Source of the DNA: Eledone cirrhosa
Lineage: Eukaryota
Assembly (NCBI GenBank): GCA_964016885.1
Contig: OZ024743.1
Location: 219,170,001 to 219,234,000, forward strand
Direction of reading: 5' to 3'
Length of the DNA stretch: 64,000 bases
How positions within the stretch are numbered: the first letter of the stretch is position 1; every line of letters starts with the position of its first letter. The notes beneath the pieces were generated by a model. The model searched no databases. It worked only from the letters and a program-made list of their open reading frames with translations, and was not told the DNA's origin. Made by a program: the position numbers and the translations under genes. Positions 14,173 through 25,514 of this stretch are shown in pieces.

Positions 14173-14355
14173 GAAATATATATACATTTCTGTGTGTGTA
14201 ATATATATATATATATACACACACACAGAAACATATATACATTTCTGTGTGTGTGTAATATATATATATATATACACACAGAAATATATATACATTTCTG
14301 TGTGTGTAATATATATATATATACACACAGAAATATATATACATTTCTGTGTGTG

Positions 14356-14399
<44 letters not shown>

Positions 14400-14510
14400 C
14401 ACACACAGAAATATATATACATTTCTGTGTGTGTATATATATATACACACACAAAAATATATATATATATATATATATATATTACACACACAGAAATGTA
14501 TGTATATTTC

Positions 14511-14547
<37 letters not shown>

Positions 14548-14585
14548 CACACACAGAAATGTATATATATATACACACAGAAATA
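13880..14585. repeat. Minisatellite of ~45-55-bp self-complementary units (further copies at 15120-15307)
   Basis: Unit acacagaaatatatatacatttctgtgtgtgtaa(ta)n. Polarity flips at the long (TA)n near 14360-14396. Confidence 0.9.
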
Positions 14586-14807
14586 GCTACTGTACTGTAT
14601 CTGTTGCTATCTCTCTCTCTCTCCAGCAATCCCTCTCTTTTAGTCTGTCTGTTTCTCTCACTCTCACTCTTTCTCTTTGTAACGCACTAACATTCCTCCG
14701 CTCTATCGCTGTGACGAATGGGGAGATGGAGGAGGAGAGAGTCACTTCGTCACTTCACCTCTGCCTTTCTTTCTCTCCCCTCTCACTCCCTCATTACGTA
14801 CAGACAT

Positions 14808-15002
14808 TAGGGCGATGGATTGGCAGAATCTGTAGAGAGTCGGACACCATGCTTCCTAGCATGGAGTTACGTCCCTTTACGGTCTGCGTTCAAATACCGC
14901 CGAGGTTAACTTTGCCTTTCATCCTCACGGGGTCGATAAAATAAAGTACCAGTAATGTACTGGGTAATTGCTGGCCTTGTGCCAAAAGTAGAAACAATTA
15001 TT
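14808..15002 (+). mobile_element. SINE family A, full length
   Basis: The 5' end gggcgatggattggcagaatc, B-box and tail are all present. Confidence 0.85.
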
Positions 15003-15833
15003 AGAAACATTGCTTCATTTTTACATATCTAAGCATTAGTAAAATAACTAATAATTTCAAAAGTAATTTTTCAATTCCAATTGTTATGAACAGCAAAACA
15101 TTAATAATAATTTTGTTCTAAGAAATATATATACATTTGTGTGTGTGTAATATATATATATATATACACACAGAAATATATATATATATATATACACACA
15201 GAAATATATATACATTTGTGTGTGTGTAATATATATATATATACACACAGAAATATATATACATTTCTGTGTGTGTAATATATATATATACACACACAGA
15301 AATATATGGGCATTTCTCTGTTTGTCTGTCTGTCCGTCCCTAAAACTCAAATGTAGGTGCTACAGAAATATTACCTTCCCCTTCCTTTCTCCACTTGGGT
15401 ACTACCAAGAGAAACACTGTCGCTATAGAAACATTACCTTCCCCTCTCCACTGACTTTGGTCACTGAGACCGAGGGAATCGCTGGTTGCTATAGAGACAC
15501 CTTGCACGAGCCAGAAGTAACCAGTTTGAGGCGGTTCTGACCTGACACCATGCCAAGGACCATTTGAAGAAGGTTGCCATTGAATTTGTGGTTTGAAGAA
15601 GGTTGCCATTGAATTTGTGGTTGTTGCTGCTGATAATAAGGACCATTTGAAGAAGGTTGCTGCTGATGAGGTAATTTATTAATCAGATTGCGCAGTTCCA
15701 TAACCTCAGTCTGGAGCTGTGGGATTTGATTAATATGTTTGATTTGTTCAATTTCTCATCCAAATCTCAACAATATCAGTATATACACTAGATTTGCTAG
15801 CAGAAAACCGCCCACCGGGTGGTTTTCTGCTAG

Positions 15834-16521
15834 TCTATATATATCTAAAACAGAAAATGTCTGTCTGTCTGACTCCCTAAAACTCGAGAACCACCGAACC
15901 GACTTTTTTCAAACTTTACACATGTAATACTTATGGTCGTGTGAGGAGTGTTTTGAAAATAATTTCAAATTTTCAATGCCCTAGAGACCGCATTAGGTGA
16001 TTTAGCGATCCCTCTCTATAATTCTTTGTCTCTTTTTAGATAGATACATAGATCTAACGTTACGCCCTTATAATATGTCTATGTCTGGCTGTCTGCATTA
16101 CGACATTATGACGCTGTGTGTGTGTATATATGTATATAGTGTGTATATATATGTATGTCTGGCTGTCTGCATTATGACATTATGACACTGTGTGAGTGTA
16201 TATATGTATATATATAGTGTGTATATATATATATATATGTAGTGTGTAACGTTTTTCGAAATATTTACTTCTGCGTTTACAGATTGATTTTTTTAGTTTC
16301 AGAAGATCCCGTTAAGGGTGAAAGCAGCGATTCTTCGCTTAAACTTTAATCTGTTATTTTTATATATATATATAATTATATATTCGTGTACAGATATTTT
16401 TGCATACACAATAAAATATAAACAAGTGTATTTATTTCACGAGGCTCGATAAGGATAAATATATATTAAATATATAAGAACCATAGAGAAAATTCCAAGC
16501 AACACCGGGCCATTCTGCTAG
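15834..16521 (+). mobile_element. Lep1-like non-autonomous Helitron
   Basis: 5' TCtatatatatctaaaac...(ctgt)n...accgaaccgacttt; 3' gcaacaccgggccattctgCTAG-t. Confidence 0.7.
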
Positions 16522-17049
16522 TATATCACTAAAATATAAAAGATATAGGTTAATAATAATTGTTTCTACTTTTGGCACAAGGCCAACAATTACCCAGTGT
16601 ATTAGTGGTACTTTATTTTATCAACCCCGTAAGGATGAAAGGCAAAGTTAATATTAGTAATAAGACATTACTATTGGCAGGAGCTCCATTTTGTCGGCCA
16701 TGACCATGAGGTGGATGGCATATTAAGGTAGGTGTAGTCTTCAAACGAAAGGCATAATAATGCTCACACACAACTATATATAGTTCATCTTTACAAATGA
16801 GACAGCATCTATTAATATAACAGAATGTTAACTAAACCTAATACAACAAACTTACAGTATTCCAACTAAATGGTTTGACAGCAAATTTATTGCCAATAAT
16901 ATAAACATGATGGTATTAGTTCTGGTTCTTTATATTTTGTGTTCAAATCCCACTACAGTCAACTTTGTCTTTCATTCTTCTGGGGATGATTAAATAGACT
17001 ACCAGTCAAGTATTGGGGTTGATATAATCAAGATCTAGAAACCATTATA

Positions 17050-17387
17050 TACGAGGATTGGCTGACTAGGAAGGAGTCATGATAGAGCTGTGCAATCATG
17101 TATGTGCAACTCTTATTAATAACTACATTGTGGATTGGCAGTATCGGTAGAGGGTCGGACGCCATGCTTTCCAGCATAGTTACATCCCTTTACGATCTGA
17201 GTTCAAATCCCGCCGAGGTTGACTTTGCCTTTCATCCTTACGGGGTCGATAAAATAAAGTACCAGTAATGAACTGGGTAATTGCTGGCCTTGTGCCTAAA
17301 GTAGAAACAATTAATAACTACATTGTTTCTTTCCAGTGACACAAGAATATCATAGCCAGCCTATGAACTTTTCAGCTGACCCTTGTA
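17050..17387 (+). mobile_element. Mariner-derived MITE interrupted by a SINE family A copy (~17130-17312)
   Basis: TA-flanked TIRs. The SINE is bounded by a 17-bp TSD attaataactacattgt. Confidence 0.85.
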
Positions 17388-17419
17388 CAACACAAAATGT
17401 TTATTAGTGTTATCTATAA

Positions 17420-17624
17420 CAGGCATGTCAAACTGAAGGTCTCCCGAGGGCCACATGGGTGACATATGTGTTGTCTGAGGGCCACACACGACAACTAATT
17501 GTGCACATTACAACTAATTCTTTTTATTTTATATTACGGAGATAAAACATACCCGCGCTGTAGAAACCTTTGTGCGGGCCGCAGGTGCATTTATTTGTAA
17601 AGGGCTGCATGTTTGACATGCCTG
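17420..17624. mobile_element. hAT (Charlie-like) MITE
   Basis: TIR caggcatgtcaaac...gtttgacatgcctg with a perfect 8-bp TSD atctataa. Confidence 0.9.
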
Positions 17625-17911
17625 ATCTATAACAAAATGATATTTTGAGTGCTGCATATAGATATATACATATATATATACACTCACATGATGATGATGA
17701 TATATATATAGATATATATAATATTGTAACAGTGCCAACATAGAAAACTGGTGTTTTTCAATATCATAATTAATTGAATTGGAAGAAACAAAGAACAACA
17801 ATATCAATTTCTTAATTCAGGACATCTATTTTAAACTTCATATGTACTGTTTACAATAAAACTTTGTTGAATTGTTTTTTGGGGTTTTTTTTAAATGCAT
17901 TAGAAACTTAC

Positions 17912-17969
17912 CTGATTCTTGTAGGTACCTATATACAAGGAAATTAACTTCGTCACTGCTAAAGCTCAT
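17912..17969 (-). CDS. TBL1XR1: First coding exon segment of F-box-like/WD40 protein TBL1X/TBL1XR1 (ebi), start of LisH domain
   Basis: Reverse strand reads ATG AGC TTT AGC AGT GAC GAA GTT AAT TTC CTT GTA TAT AGG TAC CTA CAA GAA TCA G|gtaagt = [20 protein letters not shown], nearly identical to the TBL1 family N-terminus ([20 protein letters not shown]). Canonical phase-1 donor at 17911. Too short for the ORF track. The next coding exon was not found in 1-17900. Confidence 0.93.
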
Positions 17970-18037
17970 TATGGTATATCCAAAGAGCAATTATGACTTG
18001 CTTTTCTTCATTTGGTAATCATCGATAAAAGCTTATC
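17970..18037 (-). other. 5'UTR part of the TBL1 start-codon exon (whole exon 17912-18037)
   Basis: Acceptor ttttattttcag| ends at 18038. There is no open frame continuing into the ATG, and two short uORFs are present. Confidence 0.75.
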
Positions 18038-18894
18038 CTGAAAATAAAAATTTTAAATAACTCACTTCAGAAATAGCAGTATATAAATTAATGTCTGAAT
18101 TTATAAATTATTAGACTATTAAATTTTAAGTTATGAATTTAAATCCACTGAAGACTTTACATTACATCAGTTTGCTTATTAGATGGAAATAGTCTGAAGA
18201 CTAAAGTCTGTCTCAAGCCCAGAGGCTCATCAGGCTGGCGCTTATACCAGTGTTTGTGGTGTTAAGACTCACCACTGGACAGGATGCTAGTCCATCACAG
18301 GGTTAAACCCCCAACTACTGCTACTACTTATCTTCAGCTGAATGTACTGGAGTAACGTGAAATAAAGTGTTTTGCTCAATAACACAATACACGTCCCAAT
18401 CCAGAAATCAAACTCACGACATTATGACTGTAAATTCAACACCCTTACCACTAGGACATGTACCTTCACAGATGGGAATAGGAACTACATAAATCTGGCT
18501 CAACTTCAGACTATAATCCACCAGTCATCAGAGTTAGCTTCACTGTTTGATCCAGGCTCAAATTCTGATGATGTGAGGGCTTGTTAAACTCAGCATTTCC
18601 ATGACATCCACCACTAAAAAGTCATGTTTTCCATTCACAAATTTCCCCATAAATATCAATCCAAAAATATTACATCATATTATTATTCTTACGTTCAAAT
18701 AGTCTTGCACTTAACTTTTTTTTTTCCATTCAAATGTGTGTTCCTTGGTTTTTAGAATAGGTACACTGCATCCTTGCATCGTGTAAGAAGCGACTAAGTG
18801 GTTGATGTTTGGAAGAATATCTAGTCTTAAAACACAGCCTCAGTCCCACTCAACTCACACTATCATAGAATAGTTGTAGAAATGATTGGGATAA

Positions 18895-19003
18895 TAATAA
18901 TTGTGTCTACTTTTGGCACAAGGCCAGCAATTATCCCAGTGCATTACTGGTACTTTATTATATCGACCCTGTGAGGATGAAAGGCAAAGTTAATCTCACC
19001 AAG
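18895..19003 (-). mobile_element. SINE family A, 3' half (similar partial copy at 16555-16652)
   Basis: aattgtgtctacttttggcacaaggccagc...ggatgaaaggcaaagttaa. Confidence 0.8.
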
Positions 19004-19237
19004 GTTAGACTTAAATTTTACTTATGACTGTATTATTGCTCTCACTTGCTATTTCTCCCTCCCTCTTCTAGTCTATGAATCTATATACAAAGTTCCATTA
19101 ATCTCTTGATTTCAACTACTCACAGAATGTGAGTGGCCAAAAGTAAACAAAATTCTTAGAAACTTGTTGAGACTATAAAACAGACAAAACCGTAAAAAAA
19201 AGATTACATAATGGAGTTCTGAAACAAAAAGTATACT

Positions 19238-19440
19238 CTAACCCTTTAGCATTCACATTATTCTATATATACTATTATATTTTCATAGTAAATGCTTTAT
19301 CTCACATAATACCGAATCTGAGATTTTGAAAGTATTTATTTTGAGAACAATACCTTAACATCAGTTTGAGTGACCAGTTACAGCCAGTTTCAACAGAAAA
19401 AGGTAGGGAATTCTGGCCAGTTTGAACATTAAAAGGTTAA
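19238..19440. mobile_element. piggyBac-type MITE
   Basis: ctaaCCCTTTAGCATT...aaaaggttaa; body shared with 25283. Confidence 0.75.
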
Positions 19441-21500
19441 ACAACATTTAAAACATCAAAATATTAAAACTTCATAAATATTTTTATACTCATGAGAATT
19501 TCAGAACCACACCATCTAAACATAACGTGCTGATTAGCTGCTTCAGCTTATAAATGGGGTTCTCAAGCATATTGGATTTTATTTTTTGGAGGAGGTATAT
19601 ACCCTATATTCTTGACATCAGCTGTGCAATTAAGAACATACAAGGCATTTATGGTTGGCTATGTAGTTAAAGTTTTCTTCACAACCAAATGGTTTTGGGT
19701 TCTATGTCACTGTGGCACCTTGGACAGCTGTCTTCTACTATAACTTCAGTGCAGTTAATGAATAATGAGTGGAATTGGTTAAGACAGAAACTATGAGAAG
19801 CCCATTGTGAGTGAGTGTATATACACAATATATACAGCTCACAATGTGGCCTGACCTACCGCTGAGTACCCTCCTTCAACTACTAACTAACAGTTATTTT
19901 TAACATCACAACACAACTCTCACCACACACACACATTCCTAGCCCCTGCCACCTTGCGAAGTGGTTGGAAGAGCATTCAGTGGTGGAGGGCTTGCTAAAT
20001 AAAGGGTCAGGAGGACCCTTCAGTCATGTCAAGGACATGACAGACTCCCTAATGTTTGGCAATCTACATAATAAATGCACCCAGTACACATGAAGTGATT
20101 GGTGATAGAAAGGTCATTCAGCTGTAGAAAGCTTGCCAAACAAAGGGTTGGGGGGACCCTAAGTTGTGTCAAAGACATGACAACCTCTCCTGTGCACTTG
20201 GTAGAACATGAGACTGTTCATAAACGAGATGCAGATCCCTAGCTTATCTGGAAGATCAGTAGCCATGCTTCAGTACTACACGTTTTGATGTATACAGGTG
20301 GAAATATTTAGAGCTATGCGGCCTTATTTATGTTTTGGTGTTTAGAAACATTGATATTATTACAGTAATTCATAGTTTTGTTTATTCATTCAGTCTATTA
20401 CTACTTCTTTCCTGTAACTCCTGATGCAGTTGTAGGGTGCCACATTGACATATAGCGTTTCTTAGGCATTTTAAATCAGGCAGAGCCCATCTCTTCTCCA
20501 GGCCAGAGTACAGCAGATTTCTTCCAGAGAAGGTTAGAATGTGTGAAAGAGATTAAACTGATACTTTTTTTATCGCCCACGAAAGGATGAAAGGCAAAGT
20601 TGACCGCGACAAGATCTGAAATCAGAGAGAAAGAACGAATACCACAAAACACTATCCCACATTTTAACGACTGTGTCAATTTGCTGCCTTCATAGTTTAT
20701 TTAAGAATGGTTATTGATACAGTATTTTAGATGCATCCTTATCATCACCGTTTAATGTCTGTTTTCCAACTGACAGATTGGACCAGGTACTTTTTCATAA
20801 TGTCACCAGCACAATCACTTTACAGGATGGACTGGGTGTTTTTTGTCATGTCACTAACACAACCACAACAACATATGTCCATCCTTTTTCAATCTAACAT
20901 TTCTACTATCTTCCCTGATCTTATCATGCCTTCATTAATGGTCGCAGCTCTGAGGTTTTAGAATTTATTGGAAGAGGGGGATGGATACTTAAGGGAGGTG
21001 GAATTTGTATTGGAATTGATACCAGCAGTTATTTATCTCAAACTATCCTGAGTTTAAATATTCTATCATTTACTGTTTACCACAATTACATTACCTACCC
21101 CATTTTTCTGCTAATATATACTTACTGAAGCCCTAAATCATTACCCCCCCAGAAAAATTTATAGTGTCATTCTTTACTGATAAAGAGTCTAACGATTCTC
21201 CTCTCCATCTCTTGTACACAAGACGCGTCCACTGTTTTTCACTAACATTTCTATAATCTCTCCTATGCCTATGTTAATGGTCGCAGCTCTGAGGATTTAG
21301 AATTTACAGGAAGAGGGGCATGGATACTTAAGAAGGGAGATGGAATTTGTATTGCAATTGGTCTCATCATTCCATGCATGAGTAAAATGGAGATAAGAAT
21401 TTCAGAAAAATCATAAGTAGTATCAATGTAATAGCTGAGCCAATAAATTTAACCTAAAAAAAAAAGTTTTAAAAATGCAACTTTTACATAAATATATACA

Positions 21501-21502
<2 letters not shown>

Positions 21503-21579
<77 letters not shown>
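21503..21579. repeat. (TA)n microsatellite (others near 21912, 37220, 37893, 45871, 62843)
   Basis: Direct observation. Confidence 0.95.
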
Positions 21580-21583
<4 letters not shown>

Positions 21584-21895
21584 AGGTGCATGGCTTAGTG
21601 GTTAGGGAGTTGGATTTACAATCATGAGGTTGTGAGCTTGATTCCTGGACTGGGTGATGTGTTGTATGCTAGCACAAGACACTTTATTACACATTGCTCC
21701 ACTTCACTCAGCTGTAGAAATGAGTTGCAATGTCATTGGTGCCAAGCTGTATTAGCCTTTGTCTTTTCCCTTGGACAGCATCGGTGGCATGGAGAGCCTG
21801 ACTAGTATGCCTGGTCTTTCACAAAAACACTTCGCCCTAGCTTGTGCTTCGGAAGGAAAACTTTTTAAGTGCAAAACCCATGGTCGTTCATGGCC
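21580..21895 (+). mobile_element. tRNA-derived SINE family B (related pieces near 18210-18470, 27042, 27530-27690, 28830-29000, 56246)
   Basis: Head gtgaaggtgcatggcttagtggttag (A-box) followed by a B-box-like ttgattcc; the body recurs in the window. Confidence 0.7.
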
Positions 21896-21901
21896 TATTT
21901 A

Positions 21902-21964
<63 letters not shown>

Positions 21965-23253
21965 TCATTTAACATTTGCTTTTTCACTGCTAGCAAGGGT
22001 TGGATTGATCTACACTGACTTCCCAGACAGTTCAAGGGGTCAGGATCCCGCTTACATATGGTCATATCGAGCACGAAGAAGTTGTTGTGTCTTTTGACAC
22101 AAACTGAAGAGTCCTCCTAACCCCTTGTTTGGCAAGATTTCTATGGCAACCACTTTACACGTACTAGGTGCTTTTATTGTGTAGGTTACCAGCACTAGGG
22201 CGGCTGTTTTGTTCTTGACACAACTAAAGGGTCCTTTCAACCCTTTGTTGAAAAGACCCTTTCTATTGCTGGATGCCCTTCCTATCACCAACCACTTTAC
22301 AGCATACACTGGGTGCCTTTATCATATAGATCACCAACACACACAAACATATATGTGTATGTCTTCACTGAACATCACTAATGATGATGTTTATATCCCA
22401 CATACACAAAATTTCCACAGTTCAGTGGTTCAAAGTATAAAATCAGTACCTTAGTTTAAAAGTAACAAATGGTAAGGAAGGGTGGCAGCATCAAGAAGGG
22501 CATCCAGCTGTAGAACACTGCCTCGAAAAAGTTTTCACCAATCCATGCTAGTACAGAAAATTACAGACATAAAAACGATGATGATGATCATTATATTGAA
22601 GAGAATTAAAGCAGATATTGATTTTGCATAAAAGTACTATTACAACACTTGCACATACAGCCTGTTCCGATTTAATCTTTTGCAAAATATTACATAGTTT
22701 CCGGTGAGATATTCAAACATTAGCTTCTATTAGATTTTAATTCAGTTGTTTCCTTGTTAATATAGAATTCTCTAAGACTAATTTCATTTGGGTCAAGCAA
22801 GAACTAGAATCATCATTTTTACATCCACCTTTTGATGTTTGCATGGGTTTGAGGACAGTTTTTGAGGTAGGTTATCTACAGCTGGAAGCCATACATGATT
22901 CCAATGTTGAGGAATGTATTGTTATGGAGAGCATAAACAATGTCACCACTTGCATTTACAAATAGGATTGAAACAATGTTCACAGCAACTAGCAGAGAGA
23001 GAGAGAGATGATAATGATGATGTACTTCGAGGCTGTTTCGATCTACCAAATTCACTCAAGGATAGTCTGTTCTACTGTGAAATTTGCTACTGTTATTTAC
23101 ACTGATTCTTGAGGTCTTTGGGAAAGTATAGCCAGGATGTTTTTGTCATATATTATCATTTTTCAGGTTCACCTAATGGATGTTATTTTTCATTTGTGCA
23201 GATGCTAAGAGTTTGGGACTGTACACATGACAGGGCGTCAGGATCCAAAGGAT

Positions 23254-24541
23254 TACAAGTATGAGCTAAAACGTTCATAGGTTGACTATGAAGGAGTGAT
23301 GCTGTGAAATCTTGCATGCATTAATTTCAACTCTTCTTATTAATAACTGCATTGTTCAAAGAAAACTTCAAAAGTAACTAGTATCAAACGTCTCTTGAAA
23401 ATGGACTTAATTTCAACTCTTCTTATTAATAACTGCATTGTTCAAAGAAAACTTCAAAAGTAACTAGTATCAAACGTCTCTTGAAAATGGACAAAATTTG
23501 GCATTGTGATGTTATCAAATACCTGCAGAAAAAGGCTTAAGCTCCCCAAGGACATTCATGCTGACATGGTTACTACATTAGGTGATAACACTCCAGTTTT
23601 ATCAACAGCACAAAAGTGGGTAACTGATTTAGGAGAAGGGAGAGTCTAGGTGAGCCGAGGTCTGGACATCCTGCAACTGTCACCACCAAGGAAAACATTG
23701 ATCGTGTTCACCACATGGTGATGGATGACACTATAAATCAAATAGCCAATGCTATTATCCCGTGAGAGTTGAGAATATTCTGCACAATGAAGGTTTCTGC
23801 TCAATGGGTACCATGTCTTTTGACACCTTATCAAAAACACACCTGGTTGATCACATCACTGGGAAAATCTGACATTGTTTGAAGCAGATCCAGCTGGTAT
23901 CCTTGAATTTTTTCTAACCCTGAATGAGCTTTAGGTTCATCACTTTGAGCCAGAGACAAGACAATCCATACAGTGGAAACACCCCTCCTCATCTGCTGCA
24001 AAGAAGACTATGGTCATTTCATCTGCAGGGAAGGTAATGGCTTCAGTTTTTTTGGATGCAAAAGGCGTGCTTATTTAATATCTTCAAAAGGGCCACGCTA
24101 TCAATGAAGAGTACTATGCAAAATCGGTGAGGCAGTTATGAAAGGCTATCAAGACCAAACACCCAGGAAAACTGATGAAAGGGGTCTTGTTTAATTGTTT
24201 AATCAGGACAATGCTCCAGCACACAAGTCCTTGATTTCAATGGCTGCTGTGCATGACTGTGGTTGATCACACTCTCTATTCTCCTGACTATCATCTGTTC
24301 CTCAACATGAAAAAACACTTGACTGGGAACCAGCATCACAGCAATGATGTTATATCTGCTGTTGATGACTTTTTGGACCAACAGGATGAAAACTTATTCA
24401 TCAATGGAATCCAAGCATTGCAACACAGATGAAAGAAATGTGTGGACTGCAAGGGAGACTATGTTGAAAAATAAAGCTCATTTGGTCACATTTCATGAAA
24501 GTAACTTGGTCAGCCTATGAACTTTTCAGCTGCCCCTCGTA
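23254..24541 (+). mobile_element. Near full-length decayed mariner transposon (irritans/Himar1-like)
   Basis: TA-flanked TIRs. Remnants QSIQWKHPSS...SAGKVMASVF(W)DAKG, QDNAPAHKS, YSPD..YHLF and GDYVEK*. Contains an internal ~85-bp tandem duplication at ~23321-23492. Confidence 0.9.
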
Positions 24542-24636
24542 AACATCAAATGCTGCATGTTCTGTCAAAATTTCCTCCATCAATTCCCAAAATAATTTAA
24601 CAATAAAAAATACTGAGAATTTTTTTTCTACAGCTG

Positions 24637-24890
24637 GATGCCCTTCCTGATGCCAACCCATACAGAATTCTAAGTATACTATATGCCACTAACATTTTGT
24701 TGGTTCACTGCGCTACTAGGCATGTTTGCGAGATATAAAAAGAATGGACACCAAAGGTTTAATATGCCCTTCCTGATGCCAACCCATACAGAATTCTAAG
24801 TATATCATATGCCACTAACATTTTGTTGGTTCACTGCGCTACTAGGCATGTTTGCGAGATATAAAAAGAATGGACACCAAAGGTTTAATA
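24637..24890. repeat. Tandem duplication of ~125 bp
   Basis: atgcccttcctgatgccaacccatacagaattc...ggacaccaaaggtttaata occurs twice, almost identical. Confidence 0.9.
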
Positions 24891-25060
24891 ATCAATGTTA
24901 TGACCTTTGCAGTGACAGGTATACATACAAACAAACACACACATATATATATATGATGGGCCTCTTTCCAGTTTATGTTTACCAAATTCCCTTATAAGGT
25001 ATTGGTTGACCCAGGGCTATAGTGAAAGACAATAATAATAAAAATTCAATTCATACTGAC

Positions 25061-25106
25061 CTTTGTGACACCGAGTCCTCTTGATTGTGGATTTCACCAA
25101 TAGTCA
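25061..25106 (-). other. Probable 46-nt non-coding 5'UTR exon of the TBL1 gene
   Basis: Minus strand reads attatattttacag|TGACTATTGG...GTGTCACAAAG|gtcagt. Both splice signals are good, the sequence is unique, and it lies upstream of the ATG exon on the same strand. Confidence 0.5.
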
Positions 25107-25282
25107 CTGTAAAATATAATGTATACACAAATTTAATAAAGTTTTTACATAGATGTTTCTACAAAAAAAAATATATTTACTGACATGCTATTCCTTATTG
25201 CCGAGGGAGTAAAAGAAAATGAAAATAATATTAATATGATATCTTTAATGTACATTTATTCTTGTTTAGCCCAACACTAGCC

Positions 25283-25514
25283 TTAACCCTTTAACATTCA
25301 CATTATTTTATATATATATACTATTATATTTTCATGGTAAAAGCTTTACCTGACATAATTATCTCACATAATATCGAATCTATGAGATTTTGAAAGTATT
25401 TATTTTGAGAACAATACCTTAACATCAGTTTGAGCGACCAGTTACAGACAGTTTCAACAGAAAAAGGTAGATAATTGTGGCCGGTTTTGGCTGGTTTGAA
25501 CACTAAAGGGTTAA
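25283..25514. mobile_element. piggyBac-type MITE
   Basis: TTAA-CCCTTTA...TAAAGGG-TTAA. Confidence 0.85.

Larger units (their letters stand above)
13565..15833 (+). mobile_element. Composite Helitron-like element(s) containing a palindromic minisatellite and a SINE
   Basis: Starts tcttataatatata...ctgtctgtccg. An internal restart ctgtctgtccgtccctaaaactc is at ~15325. Ends with a hairpin and CTAG at 15833. Confidence 0.5.

Noticed and set aside
13382-15350. Long ORFs (415, 303, 294 aa and others) rich in YI/CV/HT
   Set aside because: Translations of the (TA)/(CA) minisatellite; open on both strands with no protein-like composition.
15340-15701. Gln-rich ORFs (QQQPSSNG repeats)
   Set aside because: A short degenerate tandem repeat inside a Helitron-like element, with no splice context or recognisable domain.
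1-17900. Second TBL1 coding exon (expected FSHSAFTFG...ESHI...PPAAL)
   Set aside because: Not found by eye on the minus strand; it probably lies beyond the left edge of the window.
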